Notes: generated by a model not told the origin, from the sequence alone. A stretch of DNA of 64,000 nucleotides from the human T2T-CHM13v2.0 reference genome, Homo sapiens (GCF_009914755.1 NC_060925.1); one strand, 5' to 3'. Shown: positions 15,051 through 28,552, counted from the first letter of the stretch. Numbers and translations are program-made.

Positions 15051-15739
15051 CAGTGGCCCTGGGCCGTCCTTTTACTGCCATCCCAGACCCATTGCCACTC
15101 CCTGTTCTGAATTGAGATCTGAACTTCAGCAGGTTTGTGGACTTGCTCTTCTTCCACTCTAGGAATGCCCTTTCAGGTACCAACACTGCAAGATGGACCC
15201 TTCTACATTCTGCAGTGAGTTCATTGCATAATCTCTATTGCCCACTTTAGAGCGCAGACATCCTTCTAACTTCTGCAGATGTCATTGAAGTTGTTTTTTT
15301 TTTTAATTATATGGCTGAATCATTTATACATGTGTGGTGACCACATCTCATCTTCTAGTGCAAGCTGCTCTGGATAGCCATCTTGGGCATGGCTGGCTCA
15401 GAGAAGTGAGTGGTCCTAACATTGAATAGAGAAAGGAAGGAGCCACATTGGCAGTACAGTTGTAAATCAGAGCCTGAAGGTGCAGGTGGTTTTGGGAAAT
15501 GAGAGTTTTCTGAACCTAGAGGCAAGAAGAAATATGTCATAGAGGAAGTTAATATTTCATTAGTGTGTTTTTAGTGTTCATGTGACATGGATTGCAAAGG
15601 AGGAAACTACTGAGTCTGTAGATGTTGATTAGTTACTTGTTCCAGTGTTAATATATTTCCTGTTGCTGTAGAGCCCGTGTAGACAGGCATTTAGACTTGA
15701 TCACACATTCAGAAGGTTCACAGTTGGTCTACTACAGTG

Positions 15740-16395
15740 CTCTTCTGCCTAAACACCACCAGATTCTCCCTAGCCCTCCTTCCAAATCCTGGCTCCCTCT
15801 TCTGTTTCCAGTCTCAGCTGAGATTTTACATCCTCAGGGAAGCCTTCCTTGATATCCCCCAGAGAATATAGAGTTGGCCTCCCATATCCATGGGTTCTGG
15901 ATCCATGGATTCAACCAAAGTCAAATGGAAAATATCAGAAAAAAAATCTGTCTGTGCTTTATATGAGCAGAATTTTTTCTTCTCATTATTCCCTAGACAA
16001 TAGAGTATAGAATCTATTTACACAGCACTTACATTTTATTAGGTATTATAAGTAATCTGGAGATGATTTAAAGTATACAGGAGGATATGCATAGGTTATA
16101 TGCAAATACTAAGCCATTTTATATCACGGTCTTGAGCATCCATAGATTTTGGTATCTGAGGGGATCCTGGAACTAATCTCCCATGATACTGAAGGATGAC
16201 TGTATCTGGCTTGGTGCTCCAGAGCCCCCTGCACCTCCCCTTAGTGACTTTCCCCACACTGAGCACCATTTATGGCCATTACCTTTTTACTCAAGGTCCC
16301 TTGAGGCCTGAGTGTGCCCACTTGCTCCCCACTGTATTCCCAGTGCCTTGCAGGGGGAGTTGCTTCACAAATACTGACCGGATTGCTGTGCAATG
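15740..16395 (+). mobile_element. L2 fragment interrupted by MER2
   Basis: cctcagggaagccttccttga (left) and cactgtattcccagtgcc (right). Confidence 0.55.
15871..16202 (-). mobile_element. MER2 (TcMar-Tigger MITE)
   Basis: ggattcaacc...ggtattataagtaatctggagatgatttaaagtatac...ggatgactg with TA flanks. Confidence 0.9.
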
Positions 16396-16504
16396 AAATC
16401 TCCGTGAAGCCCATGATATTAATCACATCTTTCACTAAGGTAGGTTTCAAATTTTTGTTTGTCCTTGTAATTTTTTTGTTTTAATTTTTAAAATTTGGAA
16501 TTTA

Positions 16505-16845
<341 letters not shown>

Positions 16846-16990
16846 TTAAATTCATTTCATATAATACCCTGGGTCATTGTCTGAAGGAAGAAGGATCAGG
16901 TTGATTTCCAGAATGCCCAAATCACTCCTTAAGTTTCTGAACCAATTGAGAAGCAGTTGTCTTTCCCAGATTCTTTTCATTGTGGCTGGC

Positions 16991-17150
16991 AGTGGTTTCC
17001 AACCTTTGCTGCACATTAGAATTGTGTAGGCATCTTTTAAAAATCCCCATGCCCAGGTCAGCTTTAAGCCAATGAAATCAGATATTTGGGGACGAGAGCA
17101 TATTTTGAGGGTCCTAGGTGATCCTAATGTGCAGCAAAGTTAAGGAATAC
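16991..17150. mobile_element. MER5-family hAT-Charlie MITE
   Basis: agtggtttccaacctttgctgcacattagaat...ggtgatcctaatgtgcagc. Confidence 0.7.
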
Positions 17151-17369
17151 AGGAGTATGGACTATTTTTTCGAGAGGGTGGTATGCCAGGTATATAGCCC
17201 CTAAGAAGTAAAAATTTTGCTTATTTTCCTGAAATCTAGAGAAACAAAACTTAAATAAATACTTTTGGAGAACACATTCTACATTCTATTTTAATGAAAA
17301 AATTTCCAGGCATATCAAAAACAATGTTATTCACAAAAAACAATGTAAGTTAAACGAAATACAAATGGG

Positions 17370-17570
17370 CTTCTACAGTATATTTCAAAGTATGTGCTTT
17401 GGATTTGGATTCTGATTTTACAGTTCGCCAGCTGTGTTACCTCGAATAGGGAACATTATACCTCTCTGAAACATGCAAAATTAGGGATGAAAACACCTAC
17501 CATGGAGGGGTGTTACAAAGATTAGAAAGAATGTCCTTGGAGGATCTAGTACTTAATGTTGGCTCCATTT
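17370..17570 (+). mobile_element. MIR fragment
   Basis: ccagctgtgttacct...aaaattagggatgaaaacacctacc. Confidence 0.55.
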
Positions 17571-17989
17571 CTCCTTCTCTTTCCTGCACGTTTTGAGTTA
17601 ATGCATTCAGCTTTCTTTCCTAAACCTGTCACCACAGACAAGCCTGCTACAAGGATCCCTGAAGTTTAGAGAGATTGACTTCCCCAAGTACTTTCTCAGT
17701 TACCAAGGATAATTCATTCAACGGGTTTCTACACTCATTTTCTTGTGAAGGAAGAAACATGAGTGGGAAGGGAGGAAGTTAGGAGTTGGACCTGAGTATC
17801 CTGTATACAGGAGTGTCTGAAAGTGCACTGTTGTGATCCATCCATCTTTTAGGAAGAGTTGGATGATGATTTTCTGGCTCTGTAGTGACTCATGAGCCAC
17901 ACAGGGAAGGCAGGTTTTTATTCATTCAGTCATTTGAGCAACAGCTACATGCCAGACCGAGAAGTGTTAAGAGTGTCAGACCACTCTAA

Positions 17990-18273
17990 AGAACCAGGGG
18001 TCCTCAAGTAAAAAGGCTAATTCCATGGTTTGGGCAGGGAAGGTACAAATTAAGCCTGGAGCACTTTGTTGTACCAGAAAGTATACAAACATGATCAGTG
18101 ATGTCAAGAAGACAGAGAGAAACCAGCTTGAAGGTCTTCTGCTGGCCAAATCTGGGACACTTTGAGTGATGGAATAGATAAGGACAGCAATGGATTATAA
18201 GGCATTGAATAAAATATGAAGCCACAAGTCTATTCGGTGACAGGTAGGTAAGTACGTAGATAGATAGATAGAC

Positions 18274-18320
<47 letters not shown>

Positions 18321-19250
18321 GTGAAGGAAAGGAAAGGGCTCTTCCTTAACAGTGTAATGCCAACTGACATATGTGACATGTGATATATGTGGAGGAAGTA
18401 GTGAATTTGTAAAGTCATCATTTTGCAACCCTAGAATTGTTGGGCAAAAATCATCAATGGATGTTAAATCTAGAGAGAGAGGGGTTGATAAGGAACAGGA
18501 TATTTGTATGGGTTTAAAGTATCTCCCCACATATTGCTTATTGGCTAAGACTGGGCAAATGGTAACTATACAGTGGAAAAAATGGACAACATCTCAGCCA
18601 GATGATCAGGTTAATATCATGAATGAGAAGCAGATGGACATCACAAGGCATCCAGGTGTCCAGATGCAGGTACGTGATGCACTGGGAAGGGCACAGCATC
18701 ATTTGTGTAGTATTCTGACCAACACTGCGTAACCCGAATTTAATCAGGAGGAAATATCAAGCAAACTGAGTGAAGAACATTCCACATAATAACTGTCCTG
18801 TATTTGTCATAGGCCAATGTCATGAAAAGCAAAGGCTGAGGAACTGTTCCAAGTTAAAGGAGACTAAAGAGACATGGTCACTAAATGCAATGGGTAACCC
18901 TGGACTGGGTTTTGTGCTGGAGGGTAGAAAAAACAAATGCTCTGAAGTACATTATTGAAACAATTGAAAAAACTGGGATATGGCCTCTGGATTAGATATA
19001 TATAAATATTATACACATATATTTAAAAATACATACTGAAATATTAAGGGGCAAAGGGATATGGTATATGCAACTTATTCATCTGTAGTTCAGAAAAAAT
19101 AAATACACACACAGAATGATACAGCTGTGCTGAAATGTTGAAATTCACAAGTCTGGGTAGATAAAGGATATATAGGAGTTGTCTGGATTACTCTGGCGTT
19201 GTCTGGATTGTTCTCTAAGTTTGAAATAATTTCAAAGTAAAAGGTTTTTT
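17990..19250 (+). mobile_element. Old L1M 3' region (L1MC4-like)
   Basis: ggccaaatctgggaca; taactatacagtggaaaa; ggctgaggaactgttcc...gagactaaagagacatg...aaatgcaatg; ctctaagtttgaaataatttcaaagtaaaag. Confidence 0.8.
18257..18316 (+). repeat. Tetranucleotide STR [TAGA]4 CAGA [TAGA]10
   Basis: Read directly. Confidence 0.98.
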
Positions 19251-19269
19251 AAGTATTGGAGTACAGTAA

Positions 19270-19410
19270 ATAAATGGAGCCCGGCTGTCTGCCACCACTT
19301 AGCTGTCTTACTTTGGACAAGTCACTGAGCCTTTCTAACCCTCAGTTTCCTTGCCTTTCAAGTGGGGATAACATAATATCAGTTCTTTTTGCATTATAGG
19401 GTTGTGTGCA
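19270..19410 (+). mobile_element. MIR fragment
   Basis: ctttggacaagtcactgagcctttctaaccctcagtttcc. Confidence 0.7.
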
Positions 19411-19654
19411 TGACAGGTATTCTAACTGCAAAGATGTGTAGACATAGCTGTGACATTTTCATCTAAACCCTTCCATACCTCCAGGGCTTTGTATGGATCA
19501 TAAGGCTTTGTTCCCTTCTATGTATTAGACACTTGTGTTTATAAACCATGAGGAGATGATACTACTACTACCAGTACCATTAATAATAACATCTTGGCTA
19601 GCCTTAAAAAGTAATAATCATATCTGACACTTACATAGTACTCCAGCTTGAATA

Positions 19655-19830
19655 GTACTCATGAGCCTCCGGGTGCCAGACACTGTTCTAAGTACTTTAC
19701 TTGCGTTATCTCATTTAACCCTTACAAAATTATCTCCATTTTACAGAGGAGGAAACCGTGGCAAGAAGAGGAGGCAGAGTGAAGATTCAAATTCAGGCAT
19801 TCTACTCTCAGTTTATGCTCTCAGCCAGAG
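19655..19830 (-). mobile_element. MIR fragment
   Basis: gtgccagacactgttctaag...ccattttacagaggaggaaac. Confidence 0.8.
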
Positions 19831-20582
19831 CCCTCCAGTGAAACCTTTTTCTCCTGTGCCCAGCACCCTGCCTGGCACGGTCTGGTGCAGACCTGATAAA
19901 TGTCTATAGAATGAATGGTGGGAAAGAGTGTTTAGAAAGTGTAAGGGCTCTGCAACTAAAAGGACCTGACCTAGAATCTTCACTCTTTCTTCAGTCTCTA
20001 CATTCAGCTTTTCTGAGCCTTGGTTCCCATGTTTGATAAAAACAATCCTGGCAGAGAAGAGGTATTTAACAAATGGTCATGATTCTTCTCCTTCTCCTTT
20101 GTCTTTTTGTTCTTATCTTTCCTTCTGAACATTTCCTTGTGTATAATGTTAATACTACTTTTAACCAGGTGTTTCTCCTCTTTAGTGTCTATTATGATTT
20201 TTATGTACCATTTTTTTTTCATATTTGTGATGACTTATTTTACTTAAGTGCCTCCACTTAGATTTTCTTAAGGGCAAGAGCCACGCCATTTTCATCTTTG
20301 TGTCCTTATTGCTCTGTATGATGCATGGCCTTAGGAGTAGGGCCATTGCTAGCCCGTCTCTCACTTTGGTGAAATTTAGAAAAAGGCGGTTCCTTTTAGA
20401 AAAAGCTTTGCAGGGAGGAGAGCTGTGCAGCAGATACCAGTATGTGAAGAAAAGACACCCTGTCCTTGGAGGGTTACATTTCTCTTTTAGGAGGCACAGC
20501 TTGGCAACGAAGCTATATTCTACCTTCTACTCTTCCCCACCGCTGGGCATTTTGTGTAATCTGCAAAATAAATGATAAAGTT

Positions 20583-20889
20583 GGCTTGGCATGGTGGCTT
20601 ATGCCTGTAATTCCAGCAGATTGGGAAGCTGAGGCCAGAAGATCATATGAGCCCAGGAGTTCGAGAGCAGCCTGAGCAATACAGTGAGACTCTATCTCTA
20701 CAAAAAATAATAAAATTAGCCAGGCATGGTGGAGCGTGACGATTGTCCCAGCTACTCAGGAGGCTGAAGTGGGAGGATCACTTGAGCCCAGGAGGTAGAG
20801 ACTGCAGCAAGCTGTGATTACACCACCACTGCACTCCAGCCTGAGCAACAGAGCAAAACCCTGTCTTTAAAAAAAAAAAAAAAAAAAAA
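20583..20889 (+). mobile_element. AluJ, full length with poly(A)
   Basis: Dimeric Alu, ggaggatcacttgagcccagg, long A tail. Confidence 0.92.
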
Positions 20890-22489
20890 GATTAAGTGCA
20901 GCAGCCATGCCTATGAGCTACTCAGGACATATTGAATGAATGAATAGGTACACAGATGACACCTCCTTCCTGGATTCCTTTATCTTTTCAAACTTCAGAC
21001 TCCCATTGTGCCACAACTCACTCAGCCTGAGAGATGATCCCAAGGCTGCTTGTTGAACTGTGGGAATGGTTGCTCCTCTGTAGCAATCCTTGAGTGAAGC
21101 CCAAGGGAAGGCTAAACCTCAGCCCAGGCACCGACACCCAAACTCAAATTACCCTTCCCAGGTTAGAGCAATTGGTCTCAGCTTGGATACAGCTCAGGGC
21201 AAGCCCCTGTGCTTCACAGCCTTGCTCTTTAGGAAGTCCGTAGAGGAACCCAGCTCCACTGGTCCCTCACCAGTGTGGTCTCCAAGTCCTTCCTGGAGAG
21301 CCATTCTCCCCAGGCCCAGGAAGGGAAAAAAGCTCATCTGGTAACTGCTGGCATTAGCAGAGCAGATACCGGGTGAGAGCTCTGTCTCTGCAGGCTGGAG
21401 GTGGAGCCATGTGGTTAACTGCTCCCCGCCACCAAGCTGGCTGGTCACATTTGCAGAGAGAACCTTGACTTTGTCATTTGATTATAGGTAGAGGCATTCC
21501 TAATTTTCACTTGTGATTTATTATTGTTCTTTTCCCATTAAAATAATTTTCTTCTAAGATGCAAAGTACTAAGTATTTGTTATAGAAAAGTTATGATAAT
21601 GCAAACAAAAAGAAAAGAGAGAAACCAATAATACAGCTCAGACATAATCACTGTAAATACCAGAGTTTATTCTTTCGTCTCTGTCTTTTCTGCACACAGG
21701 CACACACACATACACACACATACACAACATAGCATCACCTTCATTTACTCATTGCATTTTGGAGACTTCATTCATTGCTTGGAAATTTAGAGATTATATT
21801 GATTTGTGAAAGCAGTTGAATGATCTAGGAATATAAAGTATTATTAGCATGTTGGGAATGGAGGTGAGATTATACCTTAAATTCCACAGATATATGCTTC
21901 TAGTCTCTCATGCCTGAAATAAACTTGCTGGAATGTGAGTCTTTTATGCCAAGCATTTGATACACAAAGAACCTACTTCCCAGGAGATTGGCTAAACCAA
22001 GCACGTTGTGTTCATCTTTATGATGAAATACAGATTTCCCATTAAAAGGAAAATCTCTTCCTTTCAGAAGGTTGAAAAAGATGACACTTCACAAAAAAAG
22101 GAAGAAGAAAAAAAAGAATCCCAGCTGGTTAAATTTAGGGTGCGGAAAGAGATCCAATCGGCAGATAATCCCTGGCCATGGGCCCACAGCATTTTCATTT
22201 GATTGTGCATTGGATACATTTTCATTCATTTTAAGCCCTTGCCTTTCAGTATTTTGTTCCTTGGAGACAGGCAAACTAGTATCAATAGCTCTCTTAGCCT
22301 ATGTCAAATGGTTTGATTTACTTAAGTGGTCTATTTCGTTATTCCAGTAAGGAGGAACTTGTATTTGTTGATGCATTTCTGAGAATGATTGTGCAAAGAA
22401 ATGCTGAAATTCTAATCATTTTTCTTCTATCCTCTCAGTGGTCTCCTTGTTTTAAATGGAAAGATGTTGGATAAAATTGTGAGTGTGGT

Positions 22490-22680
22490 TCATGGGATGA
22501 GGGTGCTCTGGATGCAGAGTCAGGAGACCTGGCTTCTCACCCAGCTCTGACACTGACATCATGGATACATCCTTGGCCAAATCTCCTAATTGCCTTGGGC
22601 CTTAATTTCCTTGTCTGAAAAGTTGGGATAATCATCTCTTCTCTGCTTTTCCCACAGGGGTGTTATAAGGATAAAATGAC
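22490..22680 (+). mobile_element. MIR
   Basis: gagtcaggagacctggc...aatttccttgtctgaaaagttgggataat. Confidence 0.7.
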
Positions 22681-22686
22681 CTAATT

Positions 22687-22852
22687 CAGTGTCTCTCAAC
22701 CTCTCTTGCATATTAAAATTACCTGGGGAAGTGTTAAAAAAATACCTTTTGTCAGGCCCCACCCAGACCAGTTAGAATCCAGGGTGACCTGGGCTTTGGT
22801 AATTTTTTATATCCCAGGAGATTATATTGTGGAAGAAGGGTTGAAAATCATC
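22687..22852. mobile_element. MER5B-like hAT MITE
   Basis: cagtgtctctcaacc...tgcatattaaaattacctgggga...aggccccacccagacc. Confidence 0.7.
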
Positions 22853-22986
22853 GAACATCCAGGCGATAATATATTGGAAGGCCTGAGAATGCAAATTATG
22901 GGAAAAGGTTAAAACGACCCACATTAGTATGGTCCTCTGTAGTTTTCAAACGGTGTCACTTGGAGACTTGTTAAGGGTCTATAAGG

Positions 22987-23264
22987 CAGTGGACTTCAAA
23001 CTTTTTTGACTGTTAAACTAAAAAAGATCATATCTCGGTATACACATGCAATAACATGTAAATACACTCAGTCCCATGTAAATACAGCTTTCACGGAACA
23101 ATATTTTCTGTGTGTGATTCACTCTAATATTTTTTATTATTTTCCATTTCATTGCAGTTTAAACTAGTCCATTTCATTTCTTTCATTTTATGTGGGTGCA
23201 GAGCCATGGAATTGATTTAATGATCTGTTGTACAGTCCCCTGACCTATAGTTTGAAAAACACTG
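22987..23264. mobile_element. hAT-Charlie MITE (MER119-like)
   Basis: Terminal inverted repeats cagtggacttcaaac / gtttgaaaaacactg. Confidence 0.6.
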
Positions 23265-24229
23265 ATGAAGAGATGGCCTATTTCTGGGGAGCAGGCTCAC
23301 CCATTGTTTAATGTTGTTTCCTTCTAGTACCAGAATCAGTCTACTGTTGCCTGGATCGACTTTCCCACTCTCCCTCCCTTTTATACCTTTACTTGCTACA
23401 TCAAACATACCCAGCAGGGTTGTCCTGGTTCTACACTTATTTGGCCCTTAATTGGGTGACTTAGAGCCTTGCCTTCTCTTCTGCATTCTAATCTCTGAAG
23501 TGATAGATCTTAAACATTATACTTTATTCCTCACATGAGATTTGTTAAACAAATTCAAGACATATTGTCAATTGAATTACATATAGTTTACTAAATAGAT
23601 TCTTAGCAAAAATACAAGAAGGTGCAGTTCATAGGTTGCTCTAGCTGCAACATGGTGCTAGTGATAATTTTAGTCCCTCTACTTTGGAGAACTGGGGAGC
23701 CCCCAGGCCAGATCATAGAGGAATCATCTCCCTCTTGTTCTGCCGGATCTTTTCTTCCATGCTTCCTGGTCCTCCTAGGCAATTGTGCTATCAGAAGTAA
23801 GTTTGTTTCAGCTACAGAGAATTCTCAGCTTCTCTCCTGCACTCATTAAAGTTTGGCTGTCATAGCCCAGACACATCCTCTGTGACATTTCTTTATCCCT
23901 GGCTTGGTACTGCTTCTGTTGGCTGGTGTGTGGCTCTGGGCAGGTGCTTGAGGCTCATAGTTCTCTCTCAGGACACACACACTATAATATTCAACCTAAT
24001 CAAATAGCTATTGGTTCCTCCTCTCTGCTTTACTGCCAAGGGGACTAGAAGGTTTGGGTATAAATTTGGGCAGGAAGAGAACATCTTCCAGATATAACTA
24101 TCTCTGAAAACCTCCCCCAGCGTTTTTCCCCAATGTCTGTTTAACCAGTTTTGTGTCTGCTTAATTTATGCTATATTGCCTCTAACTTTGTTTGACAGTG
24201 GCACAGAATCGAATGTATTCAAGTTAAAA

Positions 24230-24345
24230 AAATGTTTTTGTGGTGTACAACATATGTTTTGATATATAGGTACAGTGTGGAATGGCTAAATCAATTTTCA
24301 ACATATACTAATTGAGCATATACCTCAACTTTTGTTTTTGTCATG
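24230..24345 (-). mobile_element. Short old L1 3' end fragment
   Basis: ggtgtacaacatatgttttgatatata...gtggaatggctaaatcaa. Confidence 0.6.
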
Positions 24346-24369
24346 TAATTTTTAAGGCAATCTTTGAAG

Positions 24370-24510
24370 AAAGATATAATTTCCACTATATAAAGGAAGT
24401 AACAGAGGCTCAGAGGGGTGAGATGATTTATATGACTATTAAGGGTCAGAGGTAGGATTTGAATTCAGGTATTTAGATTCTAAATCATGGCCTCTTTCTT
24501 CTACATCCAG
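24370..24510 (-). mobile_element. MIR fragment
   Basis: aacagaggctcagaggggtg...ggatttgaattcagg. Confidence 0.65.
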
Positions 24511-25714
24511 GCTCTGTATATCTGTGACAGGCACAGGTCATCCTTGCTTCCTCAAGGCATGTTGGATCCAAGACAGAAAAACTGGTACAAAGGATATCCT
24601 AATGCCAGACGTGATCTTGTCAAGGGTTGAGGTGGTGGATACCACCACATGCCTGGCTCCTAACGGAGGGAGTAAGGCTTCACCAGACCTCTGACCCTTC
24701 TGAAGCCATACCTTTCACAGTCAGGTTTGCCTGAAGCTACCATGATTCACCAGCATACCAAATCCTTCCTGCCAGTGGAGGCTACATTAGGCTGGGAAAG
24801 GAATCTTGTGAAAAAATAGATCTACTTCTCCTGACCCGTGTTCTCCAGGGGATTCAGGGAGTCCTCTCTCAGACTGCTGTCTCGGTTCCACGGTGATTGG
24901 CGTCCTGAGTAAATACTCTGATAGACTAAACACACGTTGCCCATGTTGGCCCAGGAGCAGCAGTCCGGGAGCGCGCCCAGTACAGTCCCCTGTATGGCAG
25001 CCCAACTTGTTAATCATCGCACTGGCAGGCTAGCCAGAATGGGGATATTTAGCTTGGGGCTTATGCATTACCATCTATGCTAATATGGCATTCTTAGAAC
25101 TATAATTTCCGTTCTGACCTCCATGGATACTCCTTATAGAGAACACAGACATAAAACAATTCTTGAAATGTCAGGAAGAAATTGCATCTAATGGAGGGTA
25201 CCTCTGCCAAGGAAAACATACTTCAGTGTTAAAGCATTCCCATCCAAACAGGGAAATTTGAAAACTGCTCTTGGGTCTGCATTGAAGCCTGAGCATTTTT
25301 CCATGCCCTTTAATAACCTGTAATGTATGTACCAGCCAGCTCCACTGCAGGCTCCCCATCAACCAAGAGGGCTTACTGTGAAGGAGGTGGGGTGGCCGGC
25401 GGGAGGTGATAGCTGAGACCTGTGTGAGCTGGTGTCAGCTAGAAGACCTTCCTGGGGGCTAAAGCAAGAAGATTTATAATGGGAACATATACCACATGAC
25501 ATAATGTCCTACCTGCATCTGTTACAGTGGAGAATATGATCCCCAGTTGGGTCTTGAACCCTTGGCCCTCCTGATACCTGATACCAATGAAGCCTATCCT
25601 CCACCCTTTAGGATTTCATATTAGGAGACACACAATCTGTCTTCTGAAATCATGCTGGTGAACAGATACCACTTAGTAATAATAATATTATGTTGCTAAT
25701 AGTTGCTGTCATTA

Positions 25715-25900
25715 TGAGTGTTTATAATATGCCAGGAATAAATACTTTACCTAAATTATCTCATTTTTACCCTGTCAGTAACACTGCATTGGGTACTGCT
25801 GTTTTCTCCACTTTACAGAGAAAACTGCCGCACAGAATCGTTAGATCACTTGGCCAAGGTCACACAGGTAGTAAGTTACTGACGTGGAATTTAAAATTGA
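25715..25900 (-). mobile_element. MIR
   Basis: cttggccaaggtcacacaggtagtaag. Confidence 0.75.
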
Positions 25901-26365
25901 TTTAGCCAGTCCACACTGTTCTAGACCTGTGCAAGTTGATCCCCTGAGATAATAAAACAAACAAACAATGAAAAGAAATTATCTTATCCTCTACACATTT
26001 CTATTTTATGTAGATGTTTTACAATAGATACTATAATAGTACAGAACTTCATGTATGTAAGTTCTGAATAAATAAATATACATATATAATAGAGGTTTGT
26101 GGTCCAATTTTTTTTTTTTTTTTACTGATTTACAAACATTTGGAGATTGCTATACTTAACTATAAAGTTCAATGGAAAGAAGAGAGTTTCTTTTCCTGAT
26201 AACTGATATTGATAATATTATGGGAAATCTGATACTTCCAGAGGGTATAAGCCAGATATTTTTGTCTCATTTGCTCACCACCATATTCCCAGTACCAACC
26301 CTAATGCCTAGTAGATGTTCAGTAAAGAAGATGGCCATGAAGTTTGGAAACCAGTGAACATACAT

Positions 26366-26741
26366 AATGCTGACTGAATGTTTGTGTCCACTCTCTGCTG
26401 CCACGGATTCTTATATTGAAACCCTAACCCCCAATATGATGGTATTAGGAGATGGGGCCTTTGGAAGGTGATTAGGTCATGAGGACAAAGCCCTTCTGAA
26501 TTGGATTAGTGTCCTTATAAAAGAAGGCCCAGAAAGCTCCCTTATTCTTTCTGCCATGAGATTTACAGCAAAAAGAAAGCCCTGTATGAACCAGGAAGCG
26601 AGGCCTTACTGGACTCTGAATCTGCCTCTGCTGGTGCCTTGATCTTAGACTTCCCAGGCTCCAAAACTGTGAGATTTAAGTTTCTGTTGTGTATAAGCCA
26701 CACGGTCTATGATATTCTGTTATGCCAGCCTGAACTAAGAC
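26366..26741 (+). mobile_element. MLT1A0-like MaLR solo LTR
   Basis: gactgaatgtttgtgtcc...gatggtattaggagatggggcctttgg...ccttgatcttagacttccc...gaactaagaca. Confidence 0.85.
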
Positions 26742-27785
26742 ACACAGTAAATTTTTCATTGCTATGACATTATAACTCATGATATGTTCTGTGACATTGT
26801 ACAATATGCTTAATGAGCTACCCTACATGTGCTCCAGTGTGCTGTGCAGAACTGCAGTGAGCCAGGTGTACTTTCCTCAAGCCCCGCTCAGGCATCTGAA
26901 CCATTCCATATAAAGAAGGCAGGAGTGAGTGCTTGCACAGAAAGGGGTTAGGGCAAGTCGGGGACATGGAAAAGAAAAAAGGAAAGGCTAAAATAGACGA
27001 AATCAGGTCCGAATTCAATTTCATCAGGTGATTTTTCCTGATTACCTATTGCTCCTTACCTTCTTACCAATGACTTTCTTTTTTCCCACTCCATTCCCCA
27101 CCCCCCAGAGAAGGAAAGGTTTTTGCCTGAGTGGAGGTAATGGGGTAAGCTTCCATTAAGGTGGAAGATTTGAGCCTGGCTTGGGATAGGCAGGAGAACA
27201 GCCACATTTGAATAATGTTTCTGTAGAAACCTGAACTTATTTCATTCTGTGAGATAGCCTGGTTTTCTGCCCATTTTGTGAATTAAGAAACAGAGGCTTA
27301 GAGTGTTCCAGCAGCTTTCCCAAGCTTACCTGGAGGGTTTCCTTTTTACGGGTGCTATTTTCTTTCTGCTTCACTCCTCCAGGAGCTGGCCCACATTCAC
27401 AGAATGTGTCTGGAAAGTGCCATAATTCCTCCAGGTGCAAAGGGCTTAGTAATTTACTCCTTCAGTCTCCTGCTTGATTGTCTCAAAATTGAAAAGGTTT
27501 CATGCCATTTTCAGACATGCTTAAGTTTCTCAAAGGGGGTAGCCCGGGAACTTGAGACTTCAGTAGTTTTTCCTTCTTGAATGCCCCTGTCCAGCCAGTG
27601 CCCTAACTTGTACAAATCAAGGAAAATGGTTTGTGTGGGGTGGAGGTGGGGTGAATGTTTTCATTTTTCATTAGACGACATTCGTAAACATACTTGTGTT
27701 TTCTGGGTTGGTCCAGTTGTCTTGACCTTCGTTTTGTAAGTATCTTGAAGATTCCTTTCTCATCCAAATCTGTTAGAATCACCGC

Positions 27786-28552
27786 AGTTTCCAAAGTTGG
27801 CTAAACATCAGAATCACCTGAGGTGCTTGTTAAACACAGGGAATGTCCTGATAGCCTCTGGAGATTCTGATTAAGTGGACCAGTTACCAGAAAGCAGCCC
27901 CAATCCAGGCCCCATGAGAGGATTCTTGGATCTTGCGCAAGACAGAATTCGAGGCAAGTCCACAGATTAAAGTGAAAGCAAGTTTATTAGGAAATTAAAG
28001 GAATAAAAGAATGACCACTCCATAGGCAGAGCAGCCCCAGGGCTGCTGTTTGGCTGTTTTTAACGGTTATTTCTTGATCATATGATATATTAGGGGTGGA
28101 TTATTCATGAGTTTTCTGGGAATTCTTCCTTTCAGACCATATAGGGTAACTTCCAGATGTTGCCATGGCATTTGTAAACTGCTGTGGTGCTGGTGGGAGT
28201 TTAAGTATGGTAATGCATTATAATTCACATATAATGACCAGTGAGGACGACCAGAGGTCACTTTCATCGCCATCTTGGTTTTGGCTGCCTTCTTTACTGC
28301 ATCCTGTTTTAGTAGCAGGGTTTTTGTGACCTGTATTTTGTGCCAACCTCCAATGTCATCCTGTGACTCTGAATGCTTAACCTCCTGGGAATACAGGGCA
28401 GGAGCTTTCAGCCTCATTTTACCCAATGCCTATTCAAGATGGAGTCACTCTGGTTCCAAGGCCTCTGACAGACCTAGGGCAAGTTCCCCAAATGTTTGTT
28501 TTTAACAAGCACCACAGGTGAATGCAAGGGCAGCCAGATTTGGGAGCCAGTG
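27786..28552. mobile_element. MER5A-like MITE split by the MER41 LTR
   Basis: catcagaatcacctgaggtgcttgttaaa...gattctgatt | tttttaacaagcaccacaggtga...gggagccagtg. Confidence 0.7.
27882..28470 (-). mobile_element. MER41 (MER41B-like) ERV1 solo LTR, 4-bp TSD GACC
   Basis: Minus strand begins TGTCAGAGGC...CTCCATCTTGAATAGG; ggattcttggatcttgcgcaag near the other end; GACC at 27878-27881 and 28471-28474. Confidence 0.9.

Noticed and set aside
17799-17812. Perfect 14-bp palindrome TCCTGTATACAGGA
   Set aside because: A few are expected by chance in 64 kb.
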